From Octopus bimaculoides (taxonomy: Eukaryota), in assembly GCF_001194135.2 (NCBI RefSeq), contig NC_068999.1, forward strand, positions 39,573,980 through 39,613,795: DNA of 39,816 nucleotides, in the 5' to 3' direction. Below are positions 22,953 to 34,596 of this stretch, piece by piece; position 1 is the stretch's first letter; each line of letters begins with the position of its first letter. A program made the translations under genes and the position numbers. Under the pieces are notes generated by a model. That model had not been told where the DNA came from. It made no database searches and worked only from the letters and a program-made list of their open reading frames with translations.

Positions 22953-24865
22953 TATTTGAAGTATTTTTTATGCATATATTTACTTGTATTGTAATACAGA
23001 TTATACAATATCGACCATGCACTTATCAATCGAAAACTCTCTGATCTAATGTATCCAGTGTTTCACATTAGCTGCTCGCTAGATTAATAATTTTGTTTCA
23101 TAAATCTGTATGAGGTTTTGTTCCAGAATAGATACATTTGTGTACATGTCTATTGGTTTGGTGCAACAATATCAATATGGTTATATGTAAATATAAAGCA
23201 TTCGACCAATCCCACAAACGAATTGAGTCATTTTTTGGCTGTTCGTTTACGTTGCTCCTCAGCTAATCCAGTACTGAATTAGTGGGACATGATGCACATA
23301 TTTGCGTGCAGCTAAGAAGGCAGCGAGGAAAATGTTTCTTCACTACAAGCGTACTATTTCTATCTTTTCGTGAAGTGCGTAACCATGCTTTTGACCCGTT
23401 ATTGTATCACTAAGTCTGTTTAAGAAGGGATCTTCAAACCGGAAACATCTTCTGTGTATTTGCAACTAAGTAGACTCTCGATATAGGCACCAAAGTCGGC
23501 ACGTACAGATGTGAAACATTTGACTGGTGAAGTTTATCAACGAAGTATGCCATGGTGACATTTGAACTGAAGACGCAAATAACCGGAATAAATATCACAA
23601 ATTGGTCTTATGCTGCCACCAATTCCACACCATTGATTGGAGCAATTTATTTTTTAATCCTAAAGAATAGATGTCGAACTTCATTTCCATTTTAACGACT
23701 GTCCCTTATTATCTGAGAGAGACTTTCCGTCTATTTCTAGTATGTAGGCCGACCACATACATGCCTTATCATTTTTCCTATATTTCTGTAAAATATCAAC
23801 AATTCCTGTTAATGGACACGATATTGAACTGCCATTATGTGTGAATATGACTAACATCGTGTAGATTACATAAACCGGCGATTTTCCTTTTGATTCGTTT
23901 GAATGAAATGTTTCATTGATTGGTCAGAAGGTAGCAGACAAGCGGATCTCTGTACTGGCGCCAATTATTCCTGTTACTTTGAAAAACGCCGTGGAAACTG
24001 GTCAATCTGCATTTCACTTTTCTATTGTAACTCATATATACCGATTAGACATTTCCTTGGAACCAATTAATTTCAACCTATTCGACACAAATACGTTTCG
24101 GAATATAATAAACGGCTTCTTCATCGATTATCTATATTTCACGCCCGTATAAGAAATATAATTAATACTATTGAATATTAAGCAAAAAATGAAATTCACT
24201 ATCGATTTCTTTCGATTAGGTAGAAGATTAATTGTTTGTATGTCGATCCCATTTCACACCAAAATAATGTGAGCAACTTTGGAACGAAATGGTTACGTCA
24301 GGCTATAGATATACCGCAGCGCTCAGATAGCGTAACAAACAATGATTGCATGCGAGTCCAAATATCTGCAATGACTGCGTTTTGTACTTATTTAAATTCT
24401 GTTGTCACCATAATCAAAATATTGTATGGAGAGTCATCGTGAACCGCATAGTTGCTTCATTAAGCAATCACTCTATAGTCTGTTGGTAATTTATTCACCT
24501 TTCAGGTGAAAGAAAGAAGTAATTTAAGAGTTCAAAATTGAATTGGAAGTTGCATACGTTTCGATCTATATGAGACACAGCGCACACATTTGCACAAAGT
24601 CATATATTTAAAGATTTTCTTGGCTCAAATGACGCAGTGGTGGCTTAGTGAATATAATGATGCAATACACGTAGAGTTATTAGTTTGAATCTTCGAAATA
24701 TACCTTTGCTAAAATTGATATTTGCTTCGTTAGTTCACAGTGTTCAGTTTAAGTTAAGCAAGAGTTTTAAAAGTAACAGTAGAAATAGCAATGGTCTCAC
24801 CGAACTAATATATTGTAGAAGCAAGTTGCACACACATACATTATATGTATCTCTGTATATGTATG

Positions 24866-24906
<41 letters not shown>

Positions 24907-24924
24907 TAGTTGTTGTATGTGTAT

Positions 24925-25035
24925 TTGCCGTTTTATCGACTCCAGAATGACGAAAGGCAAATTTGAAATCATTACGTAAAGGGACGTAACCAAATACCAC
25001 AAGGCATTTAGTTGGATGATCACACGATTCTTCAA
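24925..25035 (-). mobile_element. SINE family A-like fragment
   Basis: TTATCGACTCCAGAATGACGAAAGGCAAATTTGAAATCA..ACGTAAAG...AAGGCATTT...ACGATTC is colinear with the family A reverse complement. Confidence 0.65.
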
Positions 25036-27122
25036 TACAACTGCGTTTGATTGATGATATTATCAGCAACCATTCAGATCTTGTTATTGCCCCAATACAA
25101 CTGCAGCAGGCTTTACTTCCCATCCTTTAATGCATGATGAAATACAGTACTTGGTAAGCACTGATATCAATCTAATGGATTACATCATTCCAATAACTTT
25201 TTAGAATTTTGCTGCAGCACACTTTATTACTAACTCAACATTTAATGTCTATTTCATTATTAATATTACAATTATTTTTCTCACATTTGTTAAGAATACA
25301 CGAGCGCACAATGCGTAGACAAAACATAAATAGCTATATATATATAGCCTCTGTTTAGCAATTAGCCGATGCGTGGTACGTTTCACCAAGTCATACTTCT
25401 TCGTTTGCGAGTGAGAAATGATAGCATTACTCCCAATTGTGGAAATATACATCCATAAATCTTAGTTGTCCTGAAATATATTACAACAGGAGTATGTTTA
25501 AGAGCTTAGATACTACATGACAGCACCTATAGCACTTTTCAGTGACTCTCACATTAGCAAGAGTAAGAGAGCTGGTTCTGCTCATATCGGACTTCTTACG
25601 GAAACAATTAAAAATAATTTGAACTCGGTTGATACTCTCGAGACGGTGCTATGAAATGAGATGACTTATGTACTAAACAAGAGCTTCATCGATCTTATAC
25701 CTTTCGAAATGGCTTCTGCACACAAAACGTCATCCGCAAGTTTCTACCCCATGATGTCTCGCAATAGGATCGATCCTTCAAGTAAATAGTAGCACCGACA
25801 TATAACTAACGAAGCACTCATGCACAACTGATACTTGTTATGCAACCATGTTGATCTGTCTTGGCGTAATAAGGCTACACAAAAGAGCCGAGGTAGAAGG
25901 TTTTAGCCATTTTAAATGTACATATAACGTTTTACTAATCTTATGGTAATTTTATTAAACATCAGCAGTCACCGGCCTTTCGTTGTACATTGTAACTTAC
26001 TACAAATGTCAATAAAATTGTTAATAATAATATTATCAGGAATTATTGTAAAACATAACAAAAGCGAATGCAGCAGTGTCTATGCATTTAACCTGGTTGC
26101 AGCAACTTTACAACAAAACAAATTTAACCCTGGGCTTATAAACTAGATTCGATATGGAGAGTAAATCTATTTGTTTTGCCGGGAAATGTTAGACTATAGG
26201 ATTTTTAACGAAATTAATTAAGCCAACAGGAAGAAAATAATGAAGTCACTTATACGCTTTTATTTTAATCAATGAAATCCTAATATAATATTAGAATATA
26301 TGCGTCGTTCTTCTTGATACCTTTACCACATACATACATACATTTACACACATACACACTTACAAAAACAACAAACACAAAATGCACACATATTCACACA
26401 CACACATATGTGTAGCATTCGCCTTTTCTCTCCCTCTGCCTGTATGGCATCTTCGCCTTTATTATATTCCAAATACTTCCCTTACCTTCGGTACCGTCAC
26501 TCTCTTTGAAATGCGTAAATTGCATAGCCTTGCCAAAATTTGTGCTTTCTGCATGGCTTGCTATTTGAATAGCGATTAACTTCATTGTGAAATTGGTTAA
26601 GGTATACGATGTAACTCTTGTATACGAGGACAATGAGCTATACTACGGCTTCAAATACGGAATAAAACGCGTGATACGTTGTAACGTTCAGTTTAAATTT
26701 TATAGCAGTGTCCAAGCAAGCAAGGAATCAAACGAACGGAGAAGGGCTGCTTAGGGAGGGAGAAGGATAGAAAGATGGTAGACGGAAGGATGGGGATGTC
26801 TCTTTTGATGATTCTACTTTCTAATTGGAAAGCTATCAATTCACATTATTTTCCCAATTTGGCAAACGAACTACGTATACATACACGTCTAAGCACATAC
26901 GTCCATCTACCCATCCATCCATACATATATGTGTGTGTGTGTGTGTGTGTGTCGATAAACATATTTACATGCTCGCTCACACATATACACCCACATACAC
27001 ATACATACACACTAACACAGACACATATATATCCATTGACATACGTGCATGGGATCATGAATATATACAGGTATTTATATAAACATGCATATGATTTCAT
27101 GTATAAATTCCATTATATGAGT

Positions 27123-27124
<2 letters not shown>

Positions 27125-27182
<58 letters not shown>
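27125..27182. repeat. (TA)n microsatellite
   Basis: Direct read. Confidence 0.95.
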
Positions 27183-27185
<3 letters not shown>

Positions 27186-27599
27186 ACAGCTGCTCATGTA
27201 TGCATATAAATGTATAAACTTCCATATTTCTTTAATCAAACACTTACGCACAAAGGCGCACGTACATACGCAAACACAGACATACATTTAACTGTATCCA
27301 TATGCAGTTTGCAATCTAGGTATCTTAGCTATTCTCATTATTGTTGTTGTTGCTGCTCCTGCTGTTGTTGTGGTTGTTGTTGTTGTTGTTGTTGGTAATT
27401 ATCTAGCTAAGCATTACGTATGGCCATGCAAGTGTATTCAACAGTAAAATGTGCAAAAAGTGACTGGCCGTGGAATAGGTGTTATATTTACTGCCTGAGT
27501 TATTTAGGAACTCGTTAAAATTATTCTCTGGGTTTTATAGAATATTTGGAAAACGTATGGTATTAACCAATATTAGTTGCAATATCTCTTTCATCTGTT

Positions 27600-27985
27600 A
27601 TCCTTTCTTGATTCCGTCATTTGACTGTGGACATGCAGGTGGTCTCCTTGGTAGGTGCAGCCGAAACATCACCGCTACTGCGCATGTTCATCTGATAATT
27701 ATTCTCACGGTTTCTTTTGCCGGACAGCTAAGTTTACTTCGATATAAAAAGAAACAGAACTGGCTAACAAGCATTAATGTTTGGCGGGGGGGGGCAGATA
27801 AAAATACAGTATTACAGATACATAACCACAGATAAGTACACATATATACACAGGCTTCCACACGGTTTCTGTCTACAAAATTCACTCGCAAGTCATTGGT
27901 CGGACCGTGGAAAGCTCTTGTGCCATCGTGCTGCGCAGTGGGTCTGTATCCGAAACTGGGCGTTTGCAAAGTGACCTTCCTGACT
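27600..27985 (-). mobile_element. SINE family B near full-length copy
   Basis: GTCATTTGACTGTGGACATGC ... TTTTGCCGGACAGCTAAGTT ... AGGCTTCCACACGGTTTCTGTCTAC.AAATTCACTCGCAAG.CATTGGTCGG ... GCGCAGTGGGTCTGTATCCGAAAC is the reverse complement of the 19753 architecture. Confidence 0.82.
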
Positions 27986-28491
27986 TGAAATTTCGTTTTC
28001 ATAATTCCTGCTTATTTATTACATCCATTTTCTACAACTCCGTAAACTAGCTTTTTAAAGATTTAGAAGAATATACACGGAATCTTTGCATGCAAGCGGT
28101 TTGTGTCACATTTCTGTTGAATATTCTCCCGCAACCGCATATCAAAAGATTTATTTGTCACTGATTCTATTTCCTGTATATTGCGTTATCGTAAAACAAA
28201 CAGATTTTCTAATGCGGGAAATCTATTTAATTTCAGAGATCACAATGGATGAAAAAAATCAGCGAGAATATGTCCATCTCTTATAAAGAGATTTAGGAAA
28301 TTGCAAAATTAAAGGTTATAATACATAACTGCGAAACTAAACACCAGGTTCTTTGTAATATAAAGACGGAAACCAATTGATGACAAAGTTAGTATTATTT
28401 CCGTCGAATTAATATGAATAAGGCCATATTTTAGGGATGTTTTCAGAATCGATTTTGAAAATATTGTCAATATATGTACATTACATGTTTA

Positions 28492-28705
28492 AGGTGGTGA
28501 GCGGGCAGACACGTTAGAACACCGGGGAAAATGCTTAGTGGCGTTTGTCCGTTGATTTGTTCAGAGTTCAAATTCAAATCTAAGGACAACTTTGCCTTTC
28601 ATCCCTTTAGAGCCCAAGTACATACCAGTTTGTCACCAGAGCCGATGTAACTGACTTAGTCCTATCCTCGAAATTGCTGGCGTAGTCCCAAAATTTGAAA
28701 CCATT
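28492..28705 (+). mobile_element. SINE family A full-length copy (AAATTGCTGG...AAAATTTGAAACC tail type)
   Basis: GGTGGTGAGCGGGCAGA.ACGTTAG head, GAGTTCAAATTC B box, CTTTGCCTTTCATCCCTTT central domain, and tail. Confidence 0.85.
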
Positions 28706-30164
28706 ATATATTTCGTGTTTTATTTTTTTAACTATGTGTTGTGCACACATTGAACTTCTGCTGTTTGAAAGTAAAATACGTCTTCTGTAATGACTCGGTT
28801 TCTAATAAATCATACGTATTATGTTCAGTAAATATGTGCTTATTATTTTATCATGAAAGATTTTTGAAACTTCATAATAACTTAATGTTATACGTTGGTT
28901 GAAGGCAGTACTAGAAGAACCACAGGAATGTGTGTGTGGGGGGGGGATGATTTGTGGTATATTTCATTACGTAGAAATTCCTCCGATATCGAAATTGTCT
29001 TCCGTCATTATGGGCTCGATACAAGCACCTGTTGATTTCTTGATGTAAATCCTCTAAAGAACTGGCCATGTTCCTTAGGTCTGCACCGCAGTCGGTGAAA
29101 CCGGATACGATATATTCGGGATTTAGAATTTATCATCTTGGAAGACATTGATAATCTAAACAATTATTATAAAAGTACAATAGCGATATATATATATATA
29201 TATATATACACGTGTAATTCACAACAATTATTTCTTTCAGGGTCTAGTGTTCAATTCAAAGGTTTTATATATACAGTCGTTTTGCTTGACTAAACCTTTT
29301 ACTTTACAATAGACAGTCCAAAATGTATCCCCCCCACCATCAGTTTTCTCTCTGCATTTTCTCCTGCGATTCCACAATCCCTGAATCTTTTGTATATGTA
29401 AAATATGACCAAAATTCATCACTTTTTTTATGAAGTTTCCAAATAGTAAGAACGCACCAGCTTACACATACACAAACAAGGACAACACACGCGCACGCAA
29501 ACATCGCATGCACACATACAGAAAAAAACATATCTACACACACACATATACACACACACATACAGGTGCATGTGTGTGAATATGTGTGCGTCAGTATGTA
29601 CTTTCAGAAATGTATATACATATGCATGTGCATATAAATACATACACATGAACAGAAATATATGTGTGCACACACACACACTGTATATATATATATATAT
29701 TGCATACGTACATATCTAACGCGTACACATACACGCACAATTATATAAATTCTTGGAAAAAGAGAAGTAGAGATATACATAGGGGGAGAGAGAGTAAGAG
29801 AGAGGAAATACTGCTTTGAAGACAAACTCGGCAATATAGTTGCCAACATAAAAATATGTCGGCAAAGGGAAAATAACAGGACGTATTTCCATATAAGTAA
29901 ATACTATTTATTTTATATTTAATAAATGTTCGCTTTATACACTTGTATTGAATACTAACGTATAATTCAGTCTGCAGATGATACTGGACAATTTTGCTTG
30001 AATACGATGTAATTAAGAGAAGTGCACTCTGCGTAAGTAATGAACAAATAATATATAGTCTCGCATACTGAGCTATTGCTTCCTACATTACTCATATATG
30101 TGTGTGTATGCGTATGTATATATGTATGTATGTAGGCATTTAAATATATATATATATATATATA

Positions 30165-30194
30165 NNNNNNNNNNNNNNNNNNNNNNNNNNNNNN
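30165..30194. other. Assembly gap (N)
   Basis: Run of N after (TA)n. Confidence 0.99.
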
Positions 30195-30589
30195 AGTATA
30201 TATATATTCACGTGCATGCATATACGTAGTCATACGTTTGTCTCACTCCTTTTCTCCCTCACTCTCTTTCTTTGTCGCCCTCTCCCTTTCTATCTATTTA
30301 TCTATTTGTCTATATATGGATATAGATAGATAGATACAAATAGATACGTATAAGGATATACATAGATGCATATGCACACATATACATATATAAAAATGAG
30401 TGTGTAAGAATACATATATACTCACACATGTGTGTATATTTATTTACACACACTCATATATACGTGTATGTGTTTATGCATCGGGTGTCACATGGTTGTA
30501 TCTATGCTCAATTGAACATGGATACATTTTGGAAGAGCTGTAAGTTAATAATTACTTGAGAAATTGCCTTAATATATAGGAAGCATACG

Positions 30590-30591
<2 letters not shown>

Positions 30592-30647
<56 letters not shown>
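30592..30647. repeat. (CA)n microsatellite
   Basis: Direct read. Confidence 0.95.
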
Positions 30648-30648
<1 letters not shown>

Positions 30649-31323
30649 CGTATACACTCAGACATGTACTAACATATTTGCACATATGCACACGTACACA
30701 CATAGACACATATAAGAGCCTACACCAAGTGTAGAAACCAGGAAATATGCGTGAAGAATGTTTCATATATATGTATGTATATATTTAAGTACGTACGGTT
30801 CTGTAGGTCGATGTATTGTTATGTATGTACATATGCACGTGTGCAAATAGAAACGGAATGAGAGGAGAGTACCAGACACTAAGAGAGGGGTGTAGAGTTT
30901 GGTGGGCATGAAGAAACAAGTTATGAATTTCAGGTATTTCACTGAAGGGAAAGAATTATACAATACTAGTCATTAGATCATCACTGCAAAATAATAATAT
31001 ATATGCTAAAGGCGAACGAGCGCTTTAATAATTGCATATATAAACGCGCGGGTGTGTGCATACACCTATGTGGGTGTGTGTATGCATGCGTATACACATG
31101 TTCTTATGCACGTACATTCAACAGACCCCCCGCACAAACACATATACGAGTATATACATGTCGGTGCACGTATGTGTGGGTAGGTATATAGCAGTGTATT
31201 TCATTTATTTTAAACTGAATCTGCCTGAGGTCCATGTACAAGGAAGTCGAAATAACGACGCACGAATTCGCAGCTTTGAGCACATCATTCTACCTAACTC
31301 TTAGAAAGCTATATATAATTACC

Positions 31324-31324
<1 letters not shown>

Positions 31325-31383
<59 letters not shown>
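31325..31383. repeat. (ATT)n microsatellite
   Basis: Direct read. Confidence 0.95.
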
Positions 31384-31384
<1 letters not shown>

Positions 31385-31580
31385 GAACGCCAGGCAAAAT
31401 GCTTAGCGGCATTCCGTCCGTCTTTACGTTCTGATTTCAATTTCCGCTGAGGTCCACTTTGTCTTTCATCCCTTTGGGGTCAATGAAATAAGTACTAGTT
31501 GCGTATTGGGGTTGATATATTGCGGTCTATCCTCCTTCCCACAAAATTTCAGGCCTTGTGCCTATGCCAGAAAGGATTAT
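31385..31580 (+). mobile_element. SINE family A copy, slightly 5'-clipped
   Basis: GCAAAATGCTTAGCGGCATT...TTTCATCCTTTGGGGTCAATGAAATAAGTAC...AAATTTCAGGCCTTGTGCCTATGCCAGAAAGGATTATT. Confidence 0.9.
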
Positions 31581-31595
31581 TTTTGTTACTATTAG

Positions 31596-31815
31596 AAGGC
31601 TGTGAGCTGGTAGAATCGTTAGCGCGCCGGGTAAAATGATTCGCAGCATTTCGTCAGCTCATTACATTCTGAGTTCAAATCCCGCCGCAGTTGACTTTGC
31701 CTTTCAACTTTTCGAGGTCTTTAAATTAATTACCAGTAAAACAATAGGATCGATGTCATTGACTAGTCTGTTCTCTTGAAATTTCCGGCCTTGTGATTTT
31801 AGTAGAAAGGATTAT
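31596..31815 (+). mobile_element. SINE family A full-length copy with intact Pol III boxes
   Basis: A box TGGTAGAATCGT (31608-31619), B box GAGTTCAAATCCC (31671-31683), and tail GAAATTTCCGGCCTTGTG...AGTAGAAAGGATTATT. Confidence 0.9.
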
Positions 31816-31864
31816 TACAGCACACGATCTCAGATCAGGTCACTTTCTATGCAAGTACATCTCC

Positions 31865-31865
<1 letters not shown>

Positions 31866-31907
<42 letters not shown>
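31866..31907. repeat. (ATT)n microsatellite
   Basis: Direct read. Confidence 0.95.
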
Positions 31908-31908
<1 letters not shown>

Positions 31909-31909
31909 C

Positions 31910-32010
31910 TTTTTTCAAGATCGATACAGTATTTACCAATTTAGAACTAGGATCGACGTAACCGACTTGTTCGTCACACGAAATTGCTGATCTTGTGCCA
32001 AAATTTAATG
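31910..32010 (+). mobile_element. SINE family A 3' fragment
   Basis: TCGATA...TACCA.TT.AG.ACTAGGATCGACGTAACCGACTT...GAAATTGCTGATCTTGTGCCAAAATTT. Confidence 0.75.
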
Positions 32011-32054
32011 TGAAGGTCGTTTGGTTAATACTAATGGTATATTTTCCACACCTT

Positions 32055-32170
32055 TTGATCCGACGCGCGCTGCGATCTGATTTCAAATCCCCATGTTAAC
32101 CATTTCCATATCTTTTATTTAGGTCGATAATGAAGTACCGATACAGGAAGGGAAATTTACTAGATTGTTA
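32055..32170 (+). mobile_element. Possible decayed SINE family A fragment
   Basis: CTGATTTCAAATCCC B-box-like word followed by AGGTCGATAATGAAGTACC. Confidence 0.5.
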
Positions 32171-33137
32171 GGATTTCAGGTAAATTGTTTCATAACATCT
32201 CTTCCGGAAGTATTTCCGCTTTTACTTCAACGCATGCTAGGACAAGAGTGCTATATTGGATCGTATCGTCCGATGTTGCTGATTATTCTTTTCGATTGTG
32301 TAACAATTGGCGGCTTAAGAGCAGGACATTTGCAAGCACAGGAAACTGCCTCTATACTCATCTATACACGTTGTCCAGGCCTGTCCATTCATATAGACAA
32401 ACGCTGTCGATTGTGAAGACTGGCAATGGTAAAAATGATACATACAAAGAAACGCTTTAACTAGAAGCTCAGAAAGAAACGAAGATATTTCTGTAGGCTG
32501 TATATGTAGATATCATGTATATGTATATAAGTTTTATGTGTATGCATGCATGTATGTTTGTTTGCGCTTATGTGTTCTAAATATCGATCGTTAAACACGA
32601 AAATGTTTAATACGCAACGATACAAAATCCCTAAAATTTCGACGTCAGATAAGTAGGACTAAACACAAAATATATATATTTCCGCAGAAAACAGCAGTAG
32701 AAAATTATCTGATCAAGTAATGAGAGTGAAAGTGTCGGATATAAAATTCTATAAATCTGTTTGCTTTACGTTCAAGAAAATAACGCTAATGTTTCTCTCT
32801 CGGATGCCTGCGAGAAAATATGGCATCGATTTAATTATATAGTTAGGCGCATCTAACAATACAAGTAACACAACCCATATGTTCTTATATATATGTACGT
32901 GTGTATGTACATATATATATATATACATATATATGTATGTATATATGTATATATATGTATATGTGTATGAATGTAAGTATGTATATATAAATGTGTGTGT
33001 GCATTTCTGAGTGTGTGCGTATACATACATTTATACATGTGAATGTATGTATGCTGTCTATATTTATATATGCATGTAAAGATATGCATACACACTACAC
33101 ACAAACGTACAAACGTATTTGAATAGAGATATAGGCA

Positions 33138-33174
<37 letters not shown>

Positions 33175-34110
33175 GTATAAAAATCTGCTTGTATTTCTAC
33201 GCATATTCAAATGCATGCATCCGCTCACGCATGCGTGTGCGTCACACACGCAATGATATGGCTTTATTGAGATACATTAAACTAAGTTAACATCTTATGA
33301 ACATTTATAAGTTTAATATATATCAGCTTGTTTATTTAGAGAGAATGAAGATATGGCTCGTACATCTATTTGTTTGCAAGTAGGAAAGTAGAGGGAATCA
33401 TTTTTATTGTAATCGAATGCAATGCATGCAATAACGGTCAGTTTTTTGGTACTTATTTCTTATTGTGCACGTGTTTCTCACAAAGTATCCTCGGGCATGT
33501 CTGTGTCGTTGAAAAAGTCTCTTTCCAACAATATGGTTTCAGGATTAATATCACAGCGTGGCACCGGCAATGGACCTATTCTACTGCTACGGGCAGATCA
33601 GTGACTTGTGATTAAAAAGTTCTAATTTGTTAAACAGAAAATATGTGAAAACCCGCCATACATACATGGACACAGACACAAACACATATATTGAATATAC
33701 ACACACATAGGCACACATAGATAGATATAGTAATAATAATAATAATAATAATCCTTGCATGAAATTCATAAATATTTCGATGCATCGCTCCGCACATTTC
33801 CACAAATCACATGTTTCATAAGATGATAGTCCGTATTGCTGGGATGATTACAGTACAGTAAGTAGTAGCCATGGACATCGAGCAGATCATGCTCATGCAT
33901 TCATCTCCTGGGGCGATTGATACTGAGATAGATAGACATACTTATATATGTATATATGTGGTTTTAGAGTCAAGTTTTGGCAGGTATATCTAACATGGTA
34001 GTATCTCATAGATATTGTAAATTACCTTTTAATTGGCAGATTTAGATCATAGGACCACATTTATATCTATAAACTTAAAATAAGCTAAACTGTATTCCTA
34101 TCTATCTGTG

Positions 34111-34280
<170 letters not shown>

Positions 34281-34303
34281 CAGAGGATGTAGCAAAACGG
34301 GAT

Positions 34304-34341
34304 TTTAATAATTTAATAATTTAATAATTTAATAATTTAAT
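34304..34341. repeat. 8-bp tandem repeat (TTTAATAA) x about 4.7
   Basis: Direct read. Confidence 0.9.
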
Positions 34342-34550
34342 ATGATCGTTATGTATGTATTTTTTCGTGTTTTGTTCCGATGGTAGCCATTCCTGAAGAA
34401 GTGCCAAATGTTGAAATCCAATGGACCAGTCACTGGATAAGTTTGGCACAGAAATGTTGACATAGAGTGGTGAATAAATCGATCTTGAATATATCGAGTT
34501 TGAAGTTTCTGTCTCTTTTAAATATACAAAGTTAAAAGTTAAAAATTTTG

Positions 34551-34596
<46 letters not shown>

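Noticed and set aside
27338-27398. Poly-Q (minus) or poly-C (plus) stretch
   Set aside because: (GTT/GCT)n microsatellite bounded by stops.
28236-28286. EITMDEKNQREYVHLL, faintly like a HECT-domain segment
   Set aside because: Only 16 residues, ends in a stop, and no other HECT exons are visible.
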